NCBI GenBank assembly: GCA_005888095.1
Contig: VBKF01000140.1
Coordinates: 4,602 to 68,601, forward strand
From: Deltaproteobacteria bacterium
Lineage (GTDB): Bacteria; Desulfobacterota; Binatia; DP-6
Length of the DNA stretch: 64,000 bases
Reading direction: 5' to 3'
In this document: positions 38,383-46,715 of the stretch, piece after piece
Position numbering within the stretch: position 1 is the stretch's first letter
How the letters are laid out: the number at the start of each line of letters is the position of its first letter
Made by a program: the position numbers and the translations under genes
Notes under the pieces: generated by a model
What the model saw: only the letters and a program-made list of their open reading frames with translations
What the model was told of the DNA's origin: nothing
The model's database searches: none

Positions 38383-38584
38383 TCCTCTACTGGAGACGAG
38401 TGGAGATGTCCTCGAAGCGCCGCCTGCACGTGCGAAGGGCCGCGAGGCCCGAGCCCCGGGCGGGGGTGGCCCCCGCCGCGATCTCTCGAGCCGGACGCGC
38501 AGCTCGGCCGTGGTCGAGGCGAGAATAACCGGCGAGAGCGTGAGCGGAGGGGGCCACCCCCGCCCGGGGCGAGCGTCCTACAGC
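38383..38584 (-). repeat. Structured repeat copy B (complete)
   Basis: Outer stem GCCCCGGGCGGGGGTGGCCCC/GGGGCCACCCCCGCCCGGGGC; begins GCTGTAG on the minus strand just after the patatin stop. Confidence 0.9.
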
Positions 38585-38586
38585 CC

Positions 38587-39939
38587 CTACGCGACGTGCA
38601 GGCTGCGCTTCGGGACGTCCCGCATGAGGATGTCGTCGGGCGACTCGCTGGGCTCGGCGCGCGTCAGGCGCTCGACGCCCTCGCGGACCTCCCGGCGGGT
38701 CATCTGGATCCCGTAGCTCTGCAGGATCTGGCGCATCAGCTCGTAGTGCGTCTCGATCGACTGCGTGACCGAGAGATAGCCGTGGGCACCGGCGCTGCGG
38801 CTGGCCCAGAAGTCGAGCGCCGCCATCTTGAAGAACGCGAGGTCCGTCTCGGCGGGCTCGAGCAGGATGATGTCGCCCTGGAAATTCGGGTCGTCCTGGT
38901 ACTGCCGGATGCCGAGCTGCAGCCGCGAGTGGAGCAGCGTGCGCAGCACCTGGTTGAGGACCACGAGCATGCCCTGGTCCGCCAGCGGCTTGCCCTCGAT
39001 CGTGTACTCGTGCCGCTCGGGATTGTAGCGGCGCGCCACCCGGTTCGAGAACGGGCGGAACGGGTTGTAGCAGATGACGAGGTCGGCGCCGTGTTCGATC
39101 GCCGTGTCGAGGTTCGCCGTCCGGCGCACGCCGCCGTCGACGTAGTCGACGCCCTTGATGCGGGCCGGCTTGTAGAAGCCGGGGAGCGCGGTCGACGCCT
39201 GCACGGCCTCGGAGATGGTGAGCGAGGTGTCCTCGTCGTGCCCGAACACGACGCGCTCGGCGGTGTCCAGGTTCATGGCGACGATGTAGAGCTCGACGCC
39301 GCGCAGCCGGTGCAACACCCGGAAGTCGTTGGAGAGGCCGCGCCGCTCGATGTTGTGGCGGAGGTAGCGCTCGAGCGACGAGTTGTCGAAGAGGCCCGAC
39401 GGCAGATACGCGAGCGGGAAGGGGAACTCGCGCGCGGAGCCGATGGCGTCGATCAGCGGCTTCACGCACTCGACCATGTTGCCGAGCGATGGCTGGCGGC
39501 GGCACTGCTCGAGCGGTTCCTTCAGCTGGCTCACCAGCTCGGGCGTGCGCGAGATGAAGCCGTAGAGGAGGCCGGGAACGTAGGTGGCGAGGTCGACCAC
39601 GAACTCGAGGGGCTTCCGCACGAACTCGGAGACGTTCAGACGGTAGAACTCGAGCGCGCTCAGCTGGGTGAAGTCCTCCGAGGTGCCGTCGATCGAGCGG
39701 AGCATCTCCACCGGGGTGACACCGCCGGCGAGCGGTGCGGCCAGGAAGGCCCCCGCCGACAGCCCGACGTAGATGTCAAAGTCGGTCGTCTTGCGGTTGA
39801 CGAGGAAGTCGTCGAGCGCCTTCAGGCCGCCGAGCTTGTAGGCCCCGCCCGTGACTGCCCCGCCCGCCAGGACGAGAGCTATCCGCGGGTCTCGCTTCCG
39901 CGTCCAGAGGTCGCTCTTGTGAACGATGGTGAGCCCCAT
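38587..39939 (-). CDS. Patatin-like phospholipase family protein
   Basis: LVLAGGAVTG, GLSAG nucleophile, ASTALPG, YVDGG. Confidence 0.92.
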   Translation of the reverse strand: MGLTIVHKSDLWTRKRDPRIALVLAGGAVTGGAYKLGGLKALDDFLVNRKTTDFDIYVGLSAGAFLAAPLAGGVTPVEMLRSIDGTSEDFTQLSALEFYRLNVSEFVRKPLEFVVDLATYVPGLLYGFISRTPELVSQLKEPLEQCRRQPSLGNMVECVKPLIDAIGSAREFPFPLAYLPSGLFDNSSLERYLRHNIERRGLSNDFRVLHRLRGVELYIVAMNLDTAERVVFGHDEDTSLTISEAVQASTALPGFYKPARIKGVDYVDGGVRRTANLDTAIEHGADLVICYNPFRPFSNRVARRYNPERHEYTIEGKPLADQGMLVVLNQVLRTLLHSRLQLGIRQYQDDPNFQGDIILLEPAETDLAFFKMAALDFWASRSAGAHGYLSVTQSIETHYELMRQILQSYGIQMTRREVREGVERLTRAEPSESPDDILMRDVPKRSLHVA

Positions 39940-40001
39940 GTGCCCTCACTACTGCCGGAATTGCCGCATTCCTTGTCCGGCTGTCTACACCCACCTCGGC
40001 C

Positions 40002-40017
40002 AGCAATCATTATGCCA
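40002..40017 (-). promoter_or_regulatory. sigma54 (-24/-12) promoter of the patatin gene
   Basis: Minus strand TGGCAT-AATGA-TTGCT about 60 bp before the ATG; long upstream intergenic region with room for an enhancer. Confidence 0.7.
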
Positions 40018-40229
40018 GCCCCCACCTTGGTGCGCTCGCGTGACTTCCTGGACCCCCCTGAGGCCATGGCGCGCTGCAGCAATCGCCTACTAGGCCGCGG
40101 CGTACAAGTCAAGAAAACCGAGACAGCCTCTTGGGGCATCCCCGCACATGCGCGCGCTTCCGACGGCCGATTTCGTGCAGCCGCCCCACATCTGGCCCGG
40201 CTGCGCGATAGAGGTTGTTTCGGGGTGTT

Positions 40230-40958
40230 TCAGAAGCGGAAAGGGGCGGTGCGGAGAGTCAGATCGGCAGCAGCGAGCGCCCGGGGGGTGTCGATGTTGA
40301 CCCAGCGGGCCGGGGTCAGAAAACCGTAAACCGACATCCCGGCGGCCAACAGCTTGACATAGGTGGTGCGGATCACGCTGTAGGCCGCGTCGGGTTCCAT
40401 CCACCCGAAGATATCCGGCTCGAACACGTGGAGGCCGGGGAACATGAAGCCGCGGAAGGTTCCCTCGACCCCGGGCGGCAGCCCGACGACACGCCGCACC
40501 CGGTCCTCGGCATCGAGCTCGATGAGGCCGTAGCGCGCGGCTTCCGGGTCGGGTCGCACCACCATCGTCGCCAGGGCGCCGCGGGCCCGATGGAAGGCGA
40601 CGACGTCCTCCAGGTGGAGCTCGAGGAGGCTGTCGCCGTTCACCACCACGAACGGCTCCCCCCCGAGCAATGGCTCGGCACGCTTGATGCCGCCGCCCGT
40701 GTCGAGGATCGGATCCTCCCAGGAGTATTGGATGCGGAGCCCGAAGCGACGACCGTCACCGAGGCGCTCCTCGATCGCGTGGCCCAGGTGATGGAGGTTG
40801 ATCACCACCTCGCGGATGCCGCCGGCGTGCAGGAACTCCAGGATGTGCTCGAGCAGCGGCCGCCCCGCGACCGGGAGGAGCGGCTTCGGCGTCGTGTCGG
40901 TGAGCGGCGCGAGGCGCGTCCCCCGCCCCGCGGCGAGCACCATGGCGCGACGGATCAC
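40230..40958 (-). CDS. murU: Nucleotidyltransferase (MurNAc-1-P uridylyltransferase-like)
   Basis: AMVLAAGRGTRL.PLT...PKPL, LDTGGGI, VNGD; coupled to the amgK-like gene. Confidence 0.8.
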   Translation of the reverse strand: MIRRAMVLAAGRGTRLAPLTDTTPKPLLPVAGRPLLEHILEFLHAGGIREVVINLHHLGHAIEERLGDGRRFGLRIQYSWEDPILDTGGGIKRAEPLLGGEPFVVVNGDSLLELHLEDVVAFHRARGALATMVVRPDPEAARYGLIELDAEDRVRRVVGLPPGVEGTFRGFMFPGLHVFEPDIFGWMEPDAAYSVIRTTYVKLLAAGMSVYGFLTPARWVNIDTPRALAAADLTLRTAPFRF

Positions 40959-42028
40959 GCCGGCCGCTCCTCGCCGAGCTCCGGCACCCAGGCGCCGACC
41001 CGCGCGGCTGCCGTCGCCAGCGCGGGCTCGGCGCGGAGCATCCGGCGCGCGACGCCGTAGACCGCCGGCAGGTAGGCGAGGTAGCCGGGCTTCCCCTTGA
41101 CGCGTTCGAGGAAGTAGAACCGACCGATCACCTTGAGCGCCCGCTGCAGCGCGCACCGGCGGTAGCGCTCGGCGAAGCCCGGGGCCACGGGCACGCCGGC
41201 GGCCGCTCGACCCTCGACGAATCGCTCGGTGAGCGACGCCTCGAGCGCCGGGGGGACGAGCTCCGCGGTGGTGCGGTCGGTCAGGAGCGAAGCCAGGTCG
41301 TAGGCGTCGGGGGCGAGGAGCGCGTCCTGGAAGTCCAGGATCCTGAGCCGGCCATCCTGCACGTGGAGGTTCCAGGCGTGGAAGTCGCGATGCGCGAGCA
41401 CCGGTGTGGCGCGCTCGAACGGCTCGGCGAGCGGCGCCAGCGCCTCGAGGAGCGCCGCGCGCTCGGCGGCGGGGAGCCGGTGCCCGTGGCGGGTCTCGAT
41501 GCCGTGCTCGACGAAGTGCTCGAGCTCCCAGCGTGCCAGCCGGCCGTCGAACCGCTGGCGGAACGCGTAGCAGGCGGGCGCGGGACGCTGCGCGCCCGCG
41601 GCCTGGAGCGCAACCAGCAGGTCGACCGCCGCGCCGAACAATTCGGACACGCGCGCCGCGTCGGCGCGCGCCGCGGCCCAGAGCGTGGTGTCGCCGACAT
41701 CCTCGAGGAGCAGGAAGGTGGGGGTCTGATGATAGACGGCAGGGACCGGGAGGCCGCAGCCGCCGAGATAGCGGCCGACGTTGACGAACGGCAGCTCGTC
41801 GCCGCCCGCCACGCCGCCGATCTCCTCCGAGCCGAGCGGCAGGCGATCGGCGCCGAGCAGCATCGCGACCGCCGTCGGCGCCTCGGCGGCGCCGGCCAGC
41901 CGCAGGCGCACGTAGCGCCGGGTGGACGCGTCGCCCGCGAGCGGCTCGGCGGCGACGATGCGGGCGCCCGCGCCGAACGCCGCCCGCACGGCCGGCGCGA
42001 GCGCCTCGAGCGGCATCGGTTCCGACAT
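40955..42028 (-). CDS. amgK: Anomeric MurNAc/GlcNAc kinase-like (APH superfamily)
   Basis: GDASTRRYVR, LLEDVGD, HRDFHAWNL, LDFQDA, YDLASLL, QRALKVIGRF. Confidence 0.85.
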   Translation of the reverse strand: MSEPMPLEALAPAVRAAFGAGARIVAAEPLAGDASTRRYVRLRLAGAAEAPTAVAMLLGADRLPLGSEEIGGVAGGDELPFVNVGRYLGGCGLPVPAVYHQTPTFLLLEDVGDTTLWAAARADAARVSELFGAAVDLLVALQAAGAQRPAPACYAFRQRFDGRLARWELEHFVEHGIETRHGHRLPAAERAALLEALAPLAEPFERATPVLAHRDFHAWNLHVQDGRLRILDFQDALLAPDAYDLASLLTDRTTAELVPPALEASLTERFVEGRAAAGVPVAPGFAERYRRCALQRALKVIGRFYFLERVKGKPGYLAYLPAVYGVARRMLRAEPALATAAARVGAWVPELGEERPA

Positions 42029-42139
42029 CGCCCGAAGAGGCGCGTACCAGAGCATCGGCGCGGAGTCAAAAGACGCGAGCTCGTCCTTGACAGCCCTGGT
42101 GGATTGCCATTAGTTGGCCTTTCCGACCTGGAGCTGGCG

Positions 42140-42496
42140 ATGAAGTTCCAGTACGTTCCCGTGCTGATCGCGTTCGGGATCGGGGGGCTGGTGGTGGCGG
42201 TGTTCATCGCCGCCGGCATGTTCCTCGGGCCACGCCGCAGCTCGCCCGTCAAGACCACCGCGTTCGAGTGCGGCAATCCCCCGAGCGGTCCTGCGTGGGG
42301 CCGCTTCTCGGTGAAGTTCTACCTCACCGCCATCCTCTTCATCGTGTTCGACGTCGAGGTGGTGTTCATGTACCCGTGGGCGGTCCTCTTCCGTCCGCTC
42401 GGCGTCTTCGGCTTCGTCGAGATGAGCGTCTTCATCCTCGTGCTCGCGCTCGGGCTCGTCTACGTGTGGCGCAAGGGCGCGCTCGAGTGGGACTGA
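42140..42496 (+). CDS. nuoA: NADH-quinone oxidoreductase subunit A
   Basis: FECG, KFYLTAILFIVFDVE, KGALEWD. Confidence 0.96.
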   Translation: MKFQYVPVLIAFGIGGLVVAVFIAAGMFLGPRRSSPVKTTAFECGNPPSGPAWGRFSVKFYLTAILFIVFDVEVVFMYPWAVLFRPLGVFGFVEMSVFILVLALGLVYVWRKGALEWD

Positions 42497-42523
42497 CGGC
42501 GCGCGCGACGCGCCGATCGCTGC

Positions 42524-43039
42524 ATGACCCAAGCGGACCTACTTGATCGGCTGCCCGCGATCCTCCCCGCCAGCGCGCTCCAGGGGGGCGAGCTCGTCCG
42601 CGGGCAGGCCATCGCCCGGGTCGACCGCGCCGTGATCCGGGAGGCGCTCGCGGCGCTCCGCGACCATCCCGAGACGCGCTTCGACATGCTCACGGATCTG
42701 ACCGTCGTCGACTACCTGGGGCGCGCGCCGCGCTTCGAGGTGGTCTACCAGCTCTACTCGCTCGGCCGGAACCACCGCCTCCGCGTGAAGGCGGCGGTCC
42801 CGGAAGAGGATCCGCTCGTCCCCTCCGTCTCGTCGCTCTGGAAGGCCGCGCTCTGGGCCGAGCGCGAGGCGTGGGACATGTTCGGCATCCGTTTCGCCGG
42901 GCACCCCGACCTGCGGCGCATCCTCATGTACCCGGAGTTCGAGGGCCACCCGCTGCGCAAGGACTACCCCCTCATGCGCCGCCAGCCGCTGGTGCCCGAG
43001 CGCGATCCGCTCGAGCGGCCGTGGTCCCCGCGGGCATGA
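42524..43039 (+). CDS. nuoC: NADH-quinone oxidoreductase subunit C
   Basis: RFEVVYQL, EREAWDMFGI.F.GHPDLRRIL...GHPLRKDYP. Confidence 0.96.
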   Translation: MTQADLLDRLPAILPASALQGGELVRGQAIARVDRAVIREALAALRDHPETRFDMLTDLTVVDYLGRAPRFEVVYQLYSLGRNHRLRVKAAVPEEDPLVPSVSSLWKAALWAEREAWDMFGIRFAGHPDLRRILMYPEFEGHPLRKDYPLMRRQPLVPERDPLERPWSPRA

Positions 43040-43111
43040 GCGTGAGCGAAGAATACTGATGAGCGTGAGCGAAGAATACTGATGAGCGTGAGCGAAGAAT
43101 ACTGATGAGCG
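43036..43111 (+). repeat. Tandem repeat, 3 x 23 bp (ATGAGCGTGAGCGAAGAATACTG) plus 7 bp; each unit is a mini-ORF MSVSEEY
   Basis: Exact units at 43036, 43059 and 43082; ATGA overlap with the nuoC stop; TGATG overlaps between units and with the nuoD start. Confidence 0.95.
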
Positions 43112-44331
43112 CGGCGCGGGCGCCGGGAGCGGTGACACCGGAGCGCGTTGTCGAGGCCGATCCGACGTCGGAGGTGATGGCGCTCCAGATGGGGCCGTCG
43201 CACCCCGCGTCGCATGGCACCATCAAGTTCAACCTCCGGCTCGACGGCGAGACGATCCTCGACGTCGACGTCGAGATCGGCTACCTCCACCGCGGTTTCG
43301 AGAAAATGTGCGAGCAGGGGACGTGGAACCACGTCTTCCCCTACGCCGATCGGCTGAACTACGCCTCCCCGCTGCTCAACAACGTGGGCTTCGCGCTCGC
43401 GGTCGAGCAGCTCGCCGGCATCACGGCGCCCGAGCGCTGCCAGTACATCCGGGTGATCACCGGCGAGATGTCGCGCGTCACCGACCACCTCACCTGTCTC
43501 GGCATGGCGGCCAACGAGATCGGCGCGATCTCGGCCGGCTTCTACATGCTCGAGGCGCGCGAGTTCCTCTACGACCTGGTCGAGGCGGTCACCGGGGCGC
43601 GGCTCACCGTGACCTACTGCCGGCTCGGCGGGGTCGTGAAGGACCTGCCCGCCGACATGGCCGAGCGCACGCGCTTCGCGCTCAAGCAGATCCGCCGCGT
43701 CCTCGCCGACTGCGACCGGCTCCTGTCCCGCAACCGCATCTTCGTCGATCGCATGGTCGGCGTCGGGAAGCTCGCGCAGGCCGACGCGATCTCGTGGGGC
43801 CTCACCGGCCCGCTGCTGCGCGCCACCGGCGTGCCGTACGACGTGCGCAAGGCCGAGCCCTACCTCGTCTACGACCGGATGGACTTCGAGGTGCCGACCG
43901 GCACGTCGGGCGACAACTACGATCGCTTCATGGTGCGCTTCGCCGAGCTGGAGCAGAGCATGCGCATCATCGAGCAGGCGCTCGCCCGCATCCCCCCCGG
44001 ACCGATCCTGGCCGACGACCCGCGCTTCGTGCTGCCGCCGAAGCAGGAGGTCTACACGACCATCGAGGGGCTCATGAACCACTTCAAGCTCGTCATGGAG
44101 GGCCAGAAGGTGCCCGCCGGCGAGGTCTACGTGGCCACCGAGGGGGGCAACGGCGAGCTCGGCTTCTACCTGGTGAGCGACGGCAGCGGCCGGCCCTACC
44201 GCGTCCGCGTGCGACCTCCCTGCTTCTACGGGATGGCGGCGCTCGGCGAGATGCTGCGCGGGCACATGGTGGCGGACATCATCACCACCTTCGGCCAGGT
44301 CAACATGATCGGGGGCGAGTGTGACCGCTGA
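43105..44331 (+). CDS. nuoD: NADH-quinone oxidoreductase subunit D
   Basis: GPSHPASHG, GYLHRGFEK, DRLNY, GELGFY, GECDR. Confidence 0.97.
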   Translation: MSAARAPGAVTPERVVEADPTSEVMALQMGPSHPASHGTIKFNLRLDGETILDVDVEIGYLHRGFEKMCEQGTWNHVFPYADRLNYASPLLNNVGFALAVEQLAGITAPERCQYIRVITGEMSRVTDHLTCLGMAANEIGAISAGFYMLEAREFLYDLVEAVTGARLTVTYCRLGGVVKDLPADMAERTRFALKQIRRVLADCDRLLSRNRIFVDRMVGVGKLAQADAISWGLTGPLLRATGVPYDVRKAEPYLVYDRMDFEVPTGTSGDNYDRFMVRFAELEQSMRIIEQALARIPPGPILADDPRFVLPPKQEVYTTIEGLMNHFKLVMEGQKVPAGEVYVATEGGNGELGFYLVSDGSGRPYRVRVRPPCFYGMAALGEMLRGHMVADIITTFGQVNMIGGECDR

Positions 44332-44812
44332 GGGCCCGCGCTTCTCCGACGCCGTCCTCGTCGAGTACCGGGCGATCCTCGCCCGCTACCCCGAGCGCCG
44401 CGCGGCCCTGCTGCCGACGCTCTGGCTCGCGCAGCGCGAGTTCGGGTGGCTCTCGCTGCCGGTCCTCGAGTACGTGGCCGAGCTGATGGAGCTGCCGCTC
44501 GCGTGGGTGACCGCCACCGCGTCGTTCTACACCATGTACTGGAAGCAGCCCCCGGGCCGCTGGCACCTCCAGGTCTGCCGCAACCTGCCGTGCGCGCTGC
44601 GCGGGGCGGACGACGTCCGGGCCGCGCTCGAACAGCGCCTCGGCATCTGTCCCGGCGAGAAGACCGCGGACGGACGGTTCTCGCTCGAGGAGGTCGAGTG
44701 CCTCGCGTCCTGCGACACGGCGCCCGTGCTCCAGGTCAACAACTCGGAGTACCACGAGAACCTGACCGTCGAGCGGACGCTCGCCCTGATCGAGCGCCTG
44801 GCCAGCACCTAG
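44321..44812 (+). CDS. nuoE: NADH-quinone oxidoreductase subunit E
   Basis: ASFYTMY, CRNLPC...ECLASC [2Fe-2S] ligands. Confidence 0.94.
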   Translation: MTAEGPRFSDAVLVEYRAILARYPERRAALLPTLWLAQREFGWLSLPVLEYVAELMELPLAWVTATASFYTMYWKQPPGRWHLQVCRNLPCALRGADDVRAALEQRLGICPGEKTADGRFSLEEVECLASCDTAPVLQVNNSEYHENLTVERTLALIERLAST

Positions 44813-44813
44813 C

Positions 44814-45911
44814 GTGACGCCCGACGTCGCCATCGCGGCGGCGAAGGTCCTCTTCGCCCTCTTCCTCGCGCTCCAGGTGATGGGCCTGGGGGTGTTCTTC
44901 GAGCGCAAGGTGAGCGCGCTGATCCAGGACCGGATCGGCGCCAACCGCGCCGCCATCTTCGGCTTTGCCGGGCTCGGCCTGGTGAACACGCTGGTCGCCG
45001 ACCCGATCAAGTTCCTCCTGAAGGAGGACATCACGCCGGCCGAGGCCGACCGGCTGCTCCACTTCCTGGCGCCGTGCGCGAGCCTCGTGCCCGCGCTCGC
45101 CACCTTCGCCGTGGTGCCGTTCGGCGACGTGCTCGAGGTGGGCGGGCGCGTGATCAACCTGCAGGGGGCGGAGCTGAGCGTCGGCCTCCTCTTCGTGCTC
45201 GCGATGGCGTCGCTCGGCGTGTACGGCGTGGTGCTGGGCGGCTGGGCGTCGAACAACCGCTGGTCGCTGCTCGGCGGCATCCGCGGCTCGGCGCAGATGA
45301 TCTCCTACGAGATCGCCATGGGGCTCGCGCTGATCGGCGTCGTCCTCACCTACAACACGCTCGACCTCCAGGAGATCGCGCGCGCCCAGGGCCGCCTCGT
45401 GTGGGGATGGCTGCCCGCCTGGGGCATCCTCTACCAGCCGCTCGCCTTCATCATCTTCCTCGTCGCCGGCGTCGCGGAGAGCAAGCGCATCCCTTTCGAC
45501 CTCCCGGAGAGCGAGTCCGAGCTGGTGAGCGGGTACTTCACCGAGTACTCCGGCGCCAAGCACCTGATGTTCATGATGAGCGACTTCGTCGAGGTCGTGC
45601 TCGTCGCCGCCCTCGTGACGACGCTCTTCTTCGGCGGGTGGCAGGTCCCGTATCTCGGGCGCGACGGCTTCCACTTCCCCGGCGGCGCGACCCTCGGGCT
45701 GCCGTCGCTCGCCGTCGTCGTCCTCCAGGTCACGGCCTTCGCGCTGAAGGTGATCGCCTTCACCTGGCTCCAGATCGTCATCCGCTGGACGCTCCCGCGC
45801 TTTCGCTACGACCAGCTCATGCGGCTCGGGTGGCAGGGCTTGCTGCCGCTCTCGCTCGCCAACGTGATGATCTCGGCACTGGTCGTGCTGCTCGTGGAGC
45901 GGGGCGCGTGA
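44814..45911 (+). CDS. nuoH: NADH-quinone oxidoreductase subunit H
   Basis: ERKVSALIQDRIG, AQMISYE, PFDLPESESEL, RWTLPRFRYDQLM. Confidence 0.97.
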   Translation: MTPDVAIAAAKVLFALFLALQVMGLGVFFERKVSALIQDRIGANRAAIFGFAGLGLVNTLVADPIKFLLKEDITPAEADRLLHFLAPCASLVPALATFAVVPFGDVLEVGGRVINLQGAELSVGLLFVLAMASLGVYGVVLGGWASNNRWSLLGGIRGSAQMISYEIAMGLALIGVVLTYNTLDLQEIARAQGRLVWGWLPAWGILYQPLAFIIFLVAGVAESKRIPFDLPESESELVSGYFTEYSGAKHLMFMMSDFVEVVLVAALVTTLFFGGWQVPYLGRDGFHFPGGATLGLPSLAVVVLQVTAFALKVIAFTWLQIVIRWTLPRFRYDQLMRLGWQGLLPLSLANVMISALVVLLVERGA

Positions 45912-46402
45912 GCGCGCTCATCTTCCTCCTCCTGGCCGCGCTGGTCCTGGCGGCGGCGCTGACGGTCGTGGTGCACCCGAGCCCGGTCTACAGCGCGTGC
46001 GCGCTGGTCGTGACGCTCTTCCTCCTCTCGGTCTTCTTCGTCGCCCTCGATGCGCAGCTCGTCGCGGTGCTCCAGGTGATCGTCTACGCCGGGGCGATCG
46101 TCGTGCTCTTCCTCTTCGTCATCATGCTGCTCAACCTGACCCAGACGGAGCCGCGCCCGACGGCCGGCGCGCCGCTGGTCGCCGTCGCCGTGGGGGGCGG
46201 CGTCGCCGTCGTGGCGCTGGTGGCCACCGTGCTCCGCCGGGTCGCGCCGCCGGGTACGCCGGTGCTGCCCGCAGGCTTCGGCGACACCGCGGCGCTCGGC
46301 CGCCGGCTGTTCACGGCCTATCTGCTGCCCTTCGAGCTGACGTCGGTCCTGCTGCTCGTCGCCATCGTCGGGGCGGTGGGGCTGGCCAAGCGGAGGCCGT
46401 GA
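45908..46402 (+). CDS. nuoJ: NADH-quinone oxidoreductase subunit J
   Basis: [32 protein letters not shown]. Confidence 0.95.
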   Translation: MSALIFLLLAALVLAAALTVVVHPSPVYSACALVVTLFLLSVFFVALDAQLVAVLQVIVYAGAIVVLFLFVIMLLNLTQTEPRPTAGAPLVAVAVGGGVAVVALVATVLRRVAPPGTPVLPAGFGDTAALGRRLFTAYLLPFELTSVLLLVAIVGAVGLAKRRP

Positions 46403-46403
46403 C

Positions 46404-46715
46404 GTGCCGCCGACGGCGCCCCTCACCTGGTACCTCGGGCTCAGCGCCGTGCTGTTCGCGATCGGCGCCATCGGCGTGCTCATCCGCCGCAACGTCATCG
46501 TCATCTTCATGGCGATCGAGCTCATGCTGAACGCCGTCAACCTGACCTTCGTGGCGCTCGCCCGGAGCCTCGGCTCGATGGACGGGCAGGTGATCGTCTT
46601 CTTCGTGATGACCGTCGCCGCCGCCGAGGCGGCCGTCGGCCTCGCGATCATCATCGCGCTCTTCCGCAACGGCGAGACGATGAACGCGGACGAGCTGGTG
46701 ACGCTGCGGTGGTGA
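46404..46715 (+). CDS. nuoK: NADH-quinone oxidoreductase subunit K
   Basis: [20 protein letters not shown]. Confidence 0.96.
   Translation: MPPTAPLTWYLGLSAVLFAIGAIGVLIRRNVIVIFMAIELMLNAVNLTFVALARSLGSMDGQVIVFFVMTVAAAEAAVGLAIIIALFRNGETMNADELVTLRW

Noticed and set aside
37369..38584. Integron attC sites and cassette
   Set aside because: No RYYYAAC/GTTRRRY core ends and no integron integrase in the window
43036..43111. CRISPR array
   Set aside because: Units are head-to-tail with no spacers, and there are no cas genes in the window
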